Shown: one piece after another, positions 36,401 to 49,363 of the stretch
Layout: every line of letters starts with the position of its first letter
Position numbering within the stretch: position 1 is the first letter of the stretch
Source of the DNA: Takakia lepidozioides
Taxonomy: Eukaryota > Plantae > Bryophyta
Reading direction: 5' to 3'
Assembly (NCBI GenBank): GCA_030704615.1
Contig: CM060733.1
Span: forward strand, 15,004,001-15,068,000
Length of the DNA: 64,000 bases
The notes under the pieces: model-generated
The model's database searches: none
Seen by the model: only the letters and a program-made list of their open reading frames with translations
What the model was told of the DNA's origin: nothing
Program-made: the position numbers and the translations under genes

Positions 36401-37592
36401 GATGGCAATTTTGGTTGACTGAAGTCCTTTCTAAGGTGTATTTCACCATTACATCGTTGGTGCAGCGAGCAGCCCCTACTCAAAAAAGACAGCAAGTCAG
36501 CACCTCCACCTTTACCTAAGGGCAGACAACTTAAGGAGCTGTGGAAGGGCATCCACAAAGTATTGAAGGTCAGTTCTTCATTTTTATGCTGCACACTAAG
36601 TAATTCCACCTATGGATGGAAGCAGATACATAAATTGATGACAACAGCATGGTGCTAATGTCAGAGAAAAATTTCTCTTTCTCTCTCTCTCCTCTGTTCC
36701 GCCCAAACTGGGCTTGGGTCTATGGCCGCAAGGCTAAGGCAAACATCGTCTTATGAGTACATTCTCTCTCTCTCTCTCTCTTTGGCCAATAAAGTTCTTT
36801 TAATGCATGCCAACAGAAATGCAACAGAAGACCAGTGGGCTGCAGCAATTTCCTCCCCATGTTTTATTCGTGTTGAATGTAATTCCAAGTTTGATCACCA
36901 ACAAGGAAATCCTGCTGCAGGTGCCAACAGTTCAAGTCATAGTACTCCAAGGCGTTGCAGGCTCACTCCCTTGGAGTGCAATGTCCTTCTTCACTCTCTG
37001 GCTTGAGTTACTTGGGTTTGACCATGAACAGGCGGCACTGTTGGTTGGCCTCCTCTCTGTAGGACAAATGATGGGGGCGGTTTTGGGGGGTTGGATGGGG
37101 GATATGGCTGCAAGGGTCTCACCCAATGCAGGGCGCATTTTGTGCGGCCAGTTTTCACCCCTCATAGCTATTCCTATCTCAGGCATACTCTTGTTGGGTT
37201 TACCTCAAGATACATCGTATGCCTGGGCATACGGGGTGTTTTTCTTTCTAATAGGGCTGCTTGGGACCTGGAACGCGCCATCAACGAATATGCCGATCTT
37301 TGCTGAAATCATCCCGCCTCATTTGCATACCACGGTGTATGCGATTGACCTTGCTGTTGAAAAATCCTTGTCAGCAGCTGGTGCACCACTCGTTGGAATT
37401 CTGGCTGAGCATATCTTTGGGTATAACACAGCCTCAGGAACCTCTGGAAAGGATCTGGATAACGCAAGAGCAATCGCAATGGGCCTCTTATTGCTGATTG
37501 CAATCCCATTCTTGGTTTGCTTTTCATTGCACAATCTGTTGTACTTCACGTATCCTGGAGACAGAGATCGAGCAAAAAGGGTAATTCATTGA
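33492..37592 (+). CDS. Major facilitator superfamily transporter (UNE2/spinster-like), ~456 aa
   Basis: Exons 33492-33584, 35098-35292, 35544-35851, 36466-36568, 36921-37592 give an open frame with GT-AG introns. Motifs MEHADEALLPAVY, FNGIGLAIVLPTLQSLVAD, QGVAGSLPWSAM, PIFAEIIP. Confidence 0.9.
36695..36781 (+). mobile_element. Short 3' end of the LINE family inserted in a (CT)n tract
   Basis: Matches the LINE terminus ...GGCAAACA.CGTCTTATGAGTACATT(CT)n, with (CT)n on both sides. Confidence 0.85.
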
Positions 37593-39531
37593 ACATTGCA
37601 GCCGGTGCTTCCCCTGGAGTCTCAAGTAATGCCCATTAGGAAACACCTATTGTGATAAGCATCCCTGGCCATATGACAAGGTGTACAACAGTAGGAAATC
37701 TATGCAGTGTGAATTCTACCACAGCCATGGGTTTTGACTGCCGGTACTAGCTTTGGGAGGTTCAATCTGCATCCAGGCAAGCCAGGCTCGCCACTTATCT
37801 CGGCAGGCAGATTCATTGTAGCCGGGGTCGCCACTTTCCTATGGTTACCAGAACCATGGCATATTGAGGCAGTCTTCTGGCCCCTATCAAACTAGGCATC
37901 TCCTCTCTAAGTGGGCTTCGATAAAATGCTAGCACTGATGAAGACAACAGACGCAGCCAGCTGGCCCTTAGGGTCAAGCAACTTGGGATGCTATTAGGGA
38001 ATTACAATTTGGGACAGGGTGACGGGAATCTCGCAGCAATCCTGTCTTTTATATGTTTCTCCTTCATGTAATAGTCCTGGATACAGCCAGTGATAAGGAG
38101 ACGTATTAAGAGGACCAAGAGCGTGGTCCTGGCAATGACGAAGGCAAAAATGGGATGATCAGTGTGGACCCAGTCCTTCAACAGCAAGAAGATTGGGACT
38201 GGTGGAGTTCCAATCAACACATGAAATGGGAAGGCAATGGTCTGGCACTTGATTCCTGGTGGGATTGCGGGCATTAAGGTGTACAAGAGTACTGATGGTT
38301 GAAACACTAGATCGAACCTTTTTCGATGGATCATCTTTACTGGTTATCCACATAATCTGAATTGAAAATGTCAAATTTCCCTGTAAAAAAACTAGAGAGC
38401 AGATTCATTGGTGTGTTCGTTACTTCAACACCTGCATGAATCAGTTTGAGGTTCAAATGTGGGACATCAATTGATCTGTCAGTTCAGCTTAATGGAAGGC
38501 AATGTTTGAAAGATTTTTGAAAAATAAAACTCCCACTTGGATTGAGACTATGCAGGAACCTGTGACTGGACTTGGGTCTAAATTCTGTGTCAATACTAAC
38601 CCCGACCCTGTGGTAGAGAGACCCTTGAGAACATGTACAGCATCTATGTTGGTTAGGACGATCAAGTTATAATCAACCAGAACAAGGCATCCAGGAACCC
38701 CTATATATTGCTACAGAGAAAGCCAAAAGGATATACAAGCTGTCAGTAGGAAATGAAAAGAAAGTGAGAAAATATTTTCAGAAAAAATATTGTCTCACTT
38801 CTTTTTCTCACTATCAACCAAATCTTTACAATGCTGTCCAGATTTCCATGCATTCTGTCAGAATAAGGTACATTACGGTTGAGGAAAACCTGATTGAAGT
38901 TAGCTTAGGCCATTCCCCATACCCCATTCCTCAGCAATGAGGGTAATAAGCCATCCACAGCTGGGTTCTGGCATGCAGTCCGAAGTTAGTAAGACCAAGC
39001 AAAATCTTGTAGCAATAACACCTCTTAACTGTATACCACGCAGAAAAAACTACGGCAGGTTTCATGGTATGGTACACTATTTCCTGACTCCTGATAGTCC
39101 TCCAAACCACATGCAATTGAGAAAGCTTTGATTCTGCTCTACCTCCCACCCTGATTCCTGGTGTCAGAGGTAAGAAAATTTCACTTCTTTGTGAGTAGAT
39201 GTTTTGAAGATGGTATTTTTAACATGTGGATGCCACGAACCAAAGATATGAAAGGAAATAGCATAGACAGAACATCCTTTCAGCTCTTAACGACACCCTG
39301 CTGATGATGCAACACTCAGTAAAATGACATGTAGATGAATGCCTCAAAGGAAATAAATACCGTGTTTGAATAGATTGGTGGTGGGAGTATTCTTCAGCCA
39401 TTTAGAATCTAGGATTGGCATCTCTGAAACCTGTAGATTGCTTGGTCGAAGTGTGGGCCTCCAAATCATCACATCAAACATATATGCTCTTACCATAGCC
39501 TGAGATAATATACTGTCGAGCATTTCGGTTA

Positions 39532-40872
39532 TTAAAACACCCCAGGCCGACCTCCAACTTTGCTCAGATCTCTATCCCTTTGAGTTGGTTGCACTTTTTC
39601 CTGGCATCCTGTCGGCTGCAATGTCAAGCAATCCACAAATAGACCCCCTTTCCAGTAAGAGCAGTCTGTCTCCTTAATCCAGAATTTCAGCTCCAAGTGC
39701 TTCACCGTCCATCTGCTCCCATGGACGATAAAATCCCCAACCTCGAATTCAAACCATTCCTCAAATTCGTTACATGGAACTTCTGACAAATTCAGATTCT
39801 TCTCCAGCACTTGGCCATCGTCTGTTGACATGAAGAACGTTAATGGGCACTTCCAACACAGGAAATAAAAGCGCCCCCCTTGGGGATTTGCAACGCGAAG
39901 ACGCCAAACTGCCGAGTAAGACCCTGCTGGTAAGGAACAGCTCCATTTTCCTCTGATTTCTAGCCAGCAAACTGCTAGCAGATGTGCAACCTGGTTAATC
40001 AGTAAGGAATTGCCTCAGGAGGAGTGAAGATATTTAGGATACTTGAAGTAAATTGGCTGCTGTCTCTATGAGCTACTAGTCGAGTGTGCCACAATCATCA
40101 TGCAACACCTTTCTTCTTTCTTTCTTTCTGCCTGCCTTATGCAAGCACAAATGATGCGGTACAATTGTAAACAGGCATGACTTCGGAATCAGATGGTATT
40201 ACAAGTTTTAGGTTGTGAATCTTGCAAATGGTGTCGTTTTTAAATGCTGATTAGGTTGGTCCTGGGTTCCACTATCACCGAGGCTGCCCCTCCCAAAATC
40301 AAAGAGAAAGAAAGGTTCATGACAACAGTCACATTCCCCCCTCAGCCGCCTTTGGTCTGTCTTCAAAGGACAGGGCTAGGAAAAATAGACCGTAAAATGG
40401 TCAAGAGAACTGAGAGAGGACAAACGAGGGAAAACCGCTCTAAGACTTTCTACCTAGACCCGGTCATCATCAAAAGCAAAGAGAGAGCAGAGTCAGACCT
40501 GACCGAAGCAAGAGCTTCTGAGTTGTTCAAACTGCCAAATCCGGGTATCCTGTCCCCAGACGACGTCCGTGGCAGCCACAGAGAGGATCCTGCACACATC
40601 TCGTGAGCGTCGCAACAATACATACTTTTCTAGACCGCCTCTCAAGAACACTCCCTCTGCCATCAATATCACAATTTCTCTTTTGGTCTTACCCTTTGAT
40701 GTGTTTCGACATATGCTTTTGTAATCAAAGGGAAGGAATTTCTGCCAAGCTGAATTGCATTGAACAGCTGTTTTGAAGGCCGAGCACACGCAAGCAAGTC
40801 GGCAAGCGTCCCGGGGCGTTGTGTAGGGACGATGGACGCTATGCAATCCAGTGGAAGCTCTGCAAAATTCAT
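39532..40872 (-). pseudogene. F-box / phloem protein 2 (PP2) domain gene with a 1-nt frameshift
   Basis: Exon 40872-40499 (374 nt): MNFAELPLDCIASIV|YTTPRDACRLACV..VVWGQDTRIW. Exon 39990-39532: VAHLLAVCWLEIRG..WFEFEVGDF..YWKGGLFVD. Confidence 0.8.
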
Positions 40873-42999
40873 GTTCGTAGAATCCTTGATCCAATTCGGA
40901 TAAAGAGGGGACGATAAGTCCGGGATACTCCTTCCTAACCCCCCCCCCCACCCCCTGCGTGATTATGGAGCGTTTGGACTGGAAATTGAAGCTATGCACG
41001 GATTACACCCAACCAGAACATCCACACAGGAATTCGATATCACAACCAAGGCCAGACAGTTTCAGCCAAAGAACCAAGTGAGGAATTGGCATAAAGACTA
41101 CAATCTGATCTCAAGAATCTCACAAGATACACACAAGAAAGTAAAACCAATTTCCATACGCAACTCATCTAAAAGAAAACTGCCATTGACTAGACGTCCA
41201 ACGTTCACTTCTCACTGCTTGTTCCCAAACTACCTGCATAACCGGAATCGATAGAAGAAATGGTGAGGAATCTCTCGGGCCAATTCCATGAATCCATTCT
41301 AGTCCTCAAATAAATGAGAATGAGGTGGCAGAAAGCACAAATCCATGCAGTTCCTGCCACAGATCGGCCCCCGCGTGGCCTCCCAGCTATCCTCTTCCCC
41401 CCGCCCCTTTCTCGCTCTCCCCTCCGGGATGAGTATGGCGTCATGCCTGCCACGTCACATATGTACATGCATGATGCATGTACAATATATATACTTCGAA
41501 TTTCGTACAACCAACTCGTAACGGTCATCCATTAAAGGGAGAAGACTAAGCTTACCCGAATGCAGCCTTGCCAGTACGGACGCCGGGGATGGCCGTACCG
41601 GCGGGGCGCCCTGTCAAATCCCCAACCCCTCCCTCCTCCCCTCTCACCTGGAAGCATGTATTCTAGGGTAAAGCATTAAAAAATCTGGGTCTTGGCGAGG
41701 AGTGGATGGTAGTGGAGTGGCTAGGCGATGTGGAGTATAGCGGTGAGTATGGAATGCCGCGAGGCCCATATTCTCTAGCAACCCATGACCATTGGAAATA
41801 TGCCCATGACCACTGGAAAGATCCAGTTGCCACTGGTTACCTGTGGGAGGACCGCTGCGGTCTTGCGTGACCGTACTTTATACCAAGTATTTATATGAAT
41901 ACCGAGTAAATTTATATGGAAATTCCATGCGTTCCAAATTTTTCTATAGAATGACCGGTTCATCGCGCGAGCAGGGTTCGCTCGAGGGAGGGGAAAACAA
42001 GGTGTTTTTGGGGTTCTTCCCAAGGTAGCCGTTTTATTGTTGTGCATTTTGGTTTTACGATTCAGGAGGAGGTTTTTGCTGTATGGATTGAGAGAGAAAA
42101 AGAGCGTGGGTCGTTGAGGTTGTGTGGTGGATTCTGTGAGACAGGAGACAACGTTGGTGTTGGAGGACACTCGTCAAAGAGCGAATTTTAGTTGTTGTGG
42201 GTGGATGGGATAGGGTATGGAAGAGATGCGAACTTTGTCCGCTTGAAGGCAGCGCGACGAGGCATATCATTTGTGCGATCAGGCGGTGCACGAGGTGGAA
42301 TCCATTTTGTGGCAGAAGGAGGAGATTGCCGATGTCGAACACTTGAAAGGAGCCTCTTGCAGAACGGCCGGCCACACACAACTGCCCTTACTTCTTCTGA
42401 CATCGGACTTGGGAGGCGCCGCACGCATATCCAGGTGTGAATTTTATGTAATTCACACCCAAAATATCTACCTCTTTTACATTTTTCTGAGCTTTTCAAG
42501 CTGCTCTCTTTAGTTTTTCATCAAAGACTAGCAGTGATTTGGCAAGCTTTCTCTGGTGACGCTATACATCATAATAATATCGTGTTTTTAAACTTTTCTC
42601 AAACGAATTGTTCCATCTTACACATTACACATTACATTTGGTCGATGAAGGTAACTTGTAGAGCAAGGTTCAGGCATACATGATTGACTTCCAAACTGGC
42701 TTGGAGATACCTTAACCCAGTATCATAAATTTCTGACCTCTATGACTTGCAATACCTTATGCAATGATGGACGTTATGAATAGAATCTCTTTGAAGACGT
42801 ACTAGGTCTCTTCTTCGTAATTTGGTCAGAACGGTTGAGTGCAGCTACGGCGTGAGCCTAGCTGCGTGAGCCTAGGAGCTCGGCTCACGCTTTGCCCTCT
42901 AAGCGTGAGCCCAGGGGTTTAATGGAGGAAGAAGCAGGCCCCATACCCGAGTCCTCTATTTAGAGAGGGTCCTATTGTCGTGGAAGCAGTTATAGTGCT

Positions 43000-44520
43000 T
43001 AAAAAAAGAGGTATAGAAAGAATGGAATGGTCATTGTGAAACTTACTGAGGTTTTCTTATTGAAGAAGAGGTGAAAAAAAAGCTGGGTGAGTCATCATGA
43101 ATCTTACTTAGGGATTCTTGCATGAACAAGAGGCAAGAAAAGTTTGGATGCTCATTGTCAAGTTATCTGATGTTTCCAGTATTTCAGCCATGGTGGATGG
43201 ATGATGGATGGATGAAATATTGAATGAGAGGTTTAAAATAATGAGGATGGGCAAGAACAGGCCCCAAAATATGACCCACTCATTGTGAAACAAGCAATGG
43301 TTTTTATTAATGTAGATGAGGTGAAAATTTAACAGATGGCCATCTTCAAGCTTATTTAGGCTTTGTTTGTGAAGAAGATGTGTAACAAAATGAGCGGTTT
43401 ATTGTGGAACTTGTTCAAGTTTGTGTTTATTGAAGATGAGGTGAAAAAAAAACACATGGTCATTGTGATTGCTTATTTAGGGTGTCTTTGTGAAGAAGAG
43501 GTAAAAAAAAACATTGAGCTATCCTTGTGAAACTTGTTTAGGATTCGGTTATTGAAGAAGAGGTGAAAAAAAAATGAGATAGTCATCATGAATGCTTATA
43601 TAGGGTTTGTTTGTGAAGAAGAGGAGAAAAAAAAAGTTAAGCTCTATCATTGTCAAACTTGTTCAGGTTTCTGTTATTGAAGAAGAGGTGAAAAAAGAAA
43701 TCAGATGGTCATTATGATGTTTATTTAGGGTTTGTTTGTGAAGAAGAGGTGAAAAAATTGAGCTCTCATTCTCAAACTTGTTAAGGTTTCTGTTATTGAA
43801 GAAGAGTTGAAAAAAATATTAGATGGTCATCATGAATGCTTATTTAGGGTTTGTTTGTGAAGAAGAGGTGAAAAAAAAGTTGAGCTTTATCATTGTCAAA
43901 CTTCTTCAGGTTTCTGTTATTGAAGAAGAGGTGAAAAAAAAACCAGATGGTCATCATGAATGCTTATTTAGGGAATAAATTAGGGGTTGTTTGTGAAGAA
44001 GAGGTGAAAAAAAAACTTTAGCTCTACCATTGTCAAACTTCTTCAGGTTTCTGTTATTGAAGAAGAGGTGAAAAAAAAACCAGATGGTCATCATGAATGC
44101 TTATTTAGGGTTTGTTTGTGAAGAAGAGGTGAAAAAAATAGAGCTCTATCATTGTCAATCTTGTTCAGGTTTCTGTTGATGAAAAAGAGGTGAAAAAAAA
44201 ATCAGATGGTCATCACGAATAAATTAGGGATTGTTTGTGAAGAAGAGGTGAAAAAAAAACTTGAGCTCTATCATTGTCAAACTTCTTCAGGTTTCTGTTA
44301 TTGAAGAAGAGGTGAAAAAAAAATCATATGGTCATCATGAATGCTTATTTAGGGTTTGTTTGTATAGAGGACGTGGAAAACAAATGAACCGTAATTGTGA
44401 AACTTGTTCAGGTGCCTGTTATTCAAGAAGAAGTGGAAAAAAAAACAGATGGTCATCATGAAGCTCATTTACGCAATGTTTCTGTAGAGGCCGTGAAAAA
44501 ATAAAATGAGCTTTCATACT
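43000..44520. repeat. Minisatellite: ~120-bp dimer of two alternating ~60-bp subunits
   Basis: More than 20 GAAGAAGAGGTGAAAAAA cores, followed alternately by AGATGGTCATCATGAATGCTTATTTAGGG and GAGCTCTATCATTGTCAAACTTGTTCAGG. Confidence 0.95.
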
Positions 44521-44660
44521 GACACTTGTATGGGTCTTGACATGAACTAACTTTGTATGGGTCTTGACACAAGGTCGAGGACAATGTGGTGAGGGCACCT
44601 TCTTCTTCGACCTATTCAGCCTGTTTTGCGTTCTCATCAGACTCAGCCCTCAATTTGCAG

Positions 44661-46025
44661 CACGGAGCAAAGCTGGCATGAGTTTTTTAAAGATCCTTCA
44701 CGATGGTGGGACAACCACAATCGCAAGGTGTGGCTTTTCTTAATGTACGATGTGAAGAAGTTCGTCCATCCTGCACATGTGGGCTTTTGGCTACTGTTAG
44801 GACCATGATTTGGTATTCTTTGTGATGTTTACAAGGTTCTTGTGAGAGTCAGCTTGGTCTTAGAGGCCGTGTTTCAATCTCTGCCCGCTAAGCTGCACAG
44901 TGGTCGTTCTCACAGACCAATCCGACATTACTGGCTCTAGACACAAGTAGCACACACAAGAGGTACTCTCAGTCAAATCCTCCATGGGTCATGACACAAG
45001 GTTGAGGACAATGTGAGGGCACCTTCTTCTTCGACCTATTTCAGCCTGTTTTCCCTCTTATCAGAATCGGCCCTGAGTGCATGTTGAATTTGGAAAGTTA
45101 GCTCGTTGGGTGGTGATGAGAGCACCTTCTTCTTTGACCTATTTCAGCTTGTTTTGCCCTCTCATCAGACTCGGCCCTAAATTTTCATGTTGATATCTGA
45201 AAGTTAGCTCGTTGGGTGGTGGTGAGGGCATCTTCTTCTTCGACCTATTTGAGCCTGTTTTGCCCTCTCATCAGACTCGGTTGAATTATTCTGAAAGTTA
45301 GTTCGTTGGATAGTGGTGAGAGCCGCGCCTTCTTCTTCGACCTATTTCAACCTGTTTTGCCCTCTCATCAGACTCGGCCCTGAATGCATGTTGAATTCTG
45401 AAAGTTAGCTCGTTGGGTGGAGGTGAGGGCGCCTTCTTCTTCGACCTATTTCAGCCTGTTTTTCCCTCTCATCAGACTCGGCCTTGAATGCATGTTGAAT
45501 TTTGAAAGTTAGCTCGTTGGGTGGTGGTGAGGGCACCTTCTTCTTCGACCTATTTCAGCCTGTTTTTCCCTCTCGTCAGACTCGGCCCTGATTGCATGTT
45601 GAATTCTGAAAGTTAGCTCGTTGGGTGGTGGTGAGGGCACCTTCTTCTTCGACCTATTTCAGCCTGTTTTTCGGGTGGTGATGGCACATTCTTCTTCGAC
45701 CTACTTCAGTCTGTTTTTCCTTCTCATCAGACTCGGCCCTGAATGCATGTTGAATTCTGAAGTTAGTTCGTTGGGTGGTGGTGAGGGTACCTTCTTCTTC
45801 GACCCATTTCAACTTGTTTTTCCCTCCAATCAGACTCGGCCCTGAATGCAAATTGAATTCTGAAAGTCAATGATGAATGCATGATTGTACAGAGGCATGG
45901 ATAGCTGAAGGAGCAGAGATAGAGTATGTGTCCAGATTCATCCAAGAGGGCCACATTTCAAGCATAAGGTTACATATTATTCCTTGTGGATCAATAGCTA
46001 CAAGAAACCTGCATGGGTAGATGCT
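44661..46025 (+). pseudogene. OSB-type PDF motif exons (gene remnant)
   Basis: AG|TEQSWHEFFKDPSRWWDNHNRK|GT (~44661-44727) and AG|IHPRGPHFKHKVTYYSLWINSYKKPAWVD (from ~45936). No downstream continuation. Confidence 0.75.
45010..45870. repeat. ~104-bp tandem repeat (about 8-9 units, plus one unit at ~44590)
   Basis: Unit GAGGGCACCTTCTTCTTCGACCTATTTCAGCCTGTTTTTCCCTCTCATCAGACTCGGCCCTGAATGCATGTTGAATTCTGAAAGTTAGCTCGTTGGGTGGTGGT. Confidence 0.95.
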
Positions 46026-46249
46026 GTATCACTGACCAAAAGGCAGGAAACTAGTTCATGGCTTTTAGCATGCTTGCGGAGACGTAGTGTAGATGTAGTA
46101 TGTCATCCTTTATCATGGCTGGATTTTGTTGACTCTGTTCCAACACTTATTGTCTTGGATTCTATTCTGTTTTTTGAATGGTGAATCTTCAAGAATATTT
46201 GGATTTGCAGATTCACTTGGAATGTATGGGAATTGTAGAAGAATTGTAT

Positions 46250-47115
46250 GGGAATGTATGAATCACTTACACACCACTCTGTTAGTGGTATATGTAAGAA
46301 GAGTGGTTGTACTCCTCCAGATGTAGCCCCAATCACTTACATACCACTCTGGTAGTAATAATTCAAATACATGGTTCCTACTTGGTGGGACACACTGGAT
46401 GACTCAGTAAGTGGTTTTAGTATACAACCTAACCACTACATCAATACTGGTAAAATCACTCCGTGAGTGGTTTTAGCACACAACCTAACCACTACATTGA
46501 TACTGGTAGAACCACTCAGTAAGTGGTTTTAGCACACAATCAAACCACTACATCAATACTATTAGAACCACACAGTCAGTGATAATATACATTGTTTTTT
46601 TTCTCATTTCATGACTCACATAGTTGTTTGTGAAGTCATTGCATCAGCACATCCCTAAAATAGGGTACATACATTTGTAATATGGTCACGTGTCCAGTAA
46701 TGGACAACATAATCGTCTAATTGGATTCGGCCACGTGTCCGTGTGAATACGGACACGTGTCCGTCGATTGCTAAGTAAGATCGACGGATTTGCTGCATCC
46801 ACATCGCATACGGTGGAAGTGGTATGTTGTGAAGTGGTTGGTTTACCACCATGACACGTCAGACGTGGTTTGGCTTACCCCTGTGACACGTCATAAGTGG
46901 TTACTTTACCACTGTGACACGTAAGCGAACAGCTGGCTCGGAGGCAAGTGATCGTAACCACTGTCTTTAACCACTATGGACACGTCATGTTTTTAACCAC
47001 TGTTGAGTCAAGATCCACTAGGTCTAGACCACTCTGGGGCCAGAGTGGTTGGGTGTCTTTTCCCACTCAAAATGAGTGGTTACCAGAGTGGTTATTCCGC
47101 GTTTTTCTTCTAGTG
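46250..47115 (-). mobile_element. One end of a second copy of the 15485 CACTA family
   Basis: 46620-47115 is the reverse complement of 15485-15930 and ends ...CTAGTG. ACCACT repeats extend to ~46260. The other terminus was not found. Confidence 0.85.
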
Positions 47116-47810
47116 GTTGTTCATCTCATGGACAGCTCTAGTGAACCTTGCCTGATTGTGTTCTCAAACTTTATCGATTTCATGAATTGTTCTGGCTCGA
47201 TGCTGCAGAATCCTGAAAATGCCATTTTCAAGCAATCTGGGGTAAGTAGCATAGCTTCACTCCTAAACCCTTCTTTCATACTGTCAGAAATGGAGATGGT
47301 GCAGAGGTGGATTTGCCTCTGCCCCTGTTAGTCTGTGCTCGTAAAATTCTTCCTCTCCCTTGGACATGTGACCTTGCAAACTGTTAAGTTCTGCTGACTA
47401 TAACAGCAGGGAAGACTGCAGTTCGTAGAGGCACTAATGGTGGTGGTGCATCATCCCCATCCATTGCTGTACACTATCTAGTTACACAAATACAATTAGA
47501 GATTCATCTCTATTGTGAAAGACGGCTTTGTAGATCTAAATTGTGATTTCAAAACCCAGTTGAGACAAATTTCATTAGTGGAGCCTGCAATACATCGTCC
47601 TCGCCATGGACAATTAGGTGAAAGCCATCTGTTATTGTACCTAAGAACCGAGCCCTCTGCTGAGATGCTAAAAAAATTAAAATTTTATGAAATAACAGTT
47701 GCTGAAATAACAATTGTTCAACATGAAAATGAAACCCACAAAAAATTGATGATGGGTTGTACCTGAATTCTCCTCCCAAGTTCTCCCAAATTTGATGATG
47801 GGTTATACTG

Positions 47811-48538
47811 TGTTGCGCACCTCACTTCGGTAAGCTCCCCTTCAAGTCATAGTTACTTGCTTTGATGCGCGCGCCTGACTCCCAACCTGGCCGCCCGGGC
47901 CAACTTGGAGCTTCGGCTGCTCACCGGGACATAACGGTCCCCCTTTGCTTCCCACTAAACCCTCCACCTATTTGGGACTAGGAGAATTCCCTTTGGTAGA
48001 TGGCAGTCCGGAACAGCTCCCCACTCTTTGGTCGCTTTCCGGCTCGCTCGCTTACTCACTAGTTTTTGGTCACCAACGGGCTTGCACCGTTCTCGGGGTC
48101 ACTACTCCCCTTATATATACTTCTGTAGCTGTCCGCGGGGGTTTCACAACCAGCCATGCCATTTTATGGCGAACCACCACGAAAACCCTCGACTCCGGTG
48201 ATGAGTCGCGGTGAGTCTTGGCCCACTCACCACGGCCCCTATGGACCGTGATGAGTCCCAAGACTCCCCACAACTCCCACCACGAGGTCTCCGCCCCCAT
48301 GGTGAGTCCTATGCCACCCCTACTAAGTCCCGCTAAGCTACCACCACCCCTTGTGGAGCCACCCCCACCGCAACCCGGTGTGCGGGGCTCTACCTAGTGA
48401 GCGCCTCCGCTTCCCTGAGTGCCTTGGGCACTCAAGGGTGCTTCAGCCCCCCATACCCATCGCTGCCGCTGCCCCCACCACAGGGGCAGCCCCTCATGTG
48501 TCCCGACCCCCCTGCCCTCAAGGCAAAGGGCCGCGACA
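47811..48538. mobile_element. Solo LTR (family A)
   Basis: TGTTGCG...CGCGACA termini with 5-bp TSD TACTG (47806-47810, 48539-48543). Confidence 0.92.
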
Positions 48539-49363
48539 TACTGCTACTGTAGATCAAGATTGATCTTCTACCCACATAGCAAGCTAAAATTTACCCGTCA
48601 ATCAGCTTGCATTGCATGCAACAAGCTTCCTTATGGATCGAAACTAGACAAACACATAGAAAAGGAATCCCACAAGCACACGATCACTCCTCCACTAGGC
48701 TCACAAGAAAGAAAACCTCAAAAGCACACAATCATCTCTACCACCAGACTTACAGGGAAGAAAACTTCAGAAACACATGATTTAGCCATCAGAATGCAAA
48801 CCTTCTTGCACAATCACCAAACAAACTTACAAAGCATAAGCTAATTCAAGATCCTGAGAGAATCACAACAACCTACAATCTGCGCGAACTTAGCCTATGC
48901 CATAGCTAGAATGCACATCGAATCCAAGGTTTTGCCGATCCTGTCCATTTTACGGGTAAGCGTAGTCCTCGCCTACATTAATGCCTTTTTTTTGTCATCT
49001 TCTCACAAAATTACAGTTCTTTATGTATTTACTTATATATATATATATATATATATGACGCCTACCGAAGGAAGCGTAAATTGTGGTGTTTTCTTGAACC
49101 CACAACCACTTCCGAGGTTGTATGTGCCCATTACCACTGAGCTACTTCTTGGTTGTCATTTTTATATGTAATATCTCATCAGACGTGCCAAACTTTGTGC
49201 TCCAACAACCAAGCCAGAGCACCATCATTGACATCTTTTTTCTAAAGAAATACCCAATAAAACTTAGAGAAAAAGAAAGAAAAAAGAAAGGGGCAGAGGA
49301 CGGAGGACGGAGGTCTCTAGTCTCTACCCCTATCTGGTTTTAATTTAATTTAATTTAGATTAA

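Noticed and set aside
43000-44520. CRISPR-like appearance (constant core plus spacers)
   Set aside because: The spacers are two recurring types rather than unique sequences, there are no cas genes, and the context is eukaryotic.
45010-45870. Repeat array as a protein-coding exon (GGGEGTFFFDLFQPVF)
   Set aside because: Unit length varies, is generally not a multiple of three, and units contain stops.
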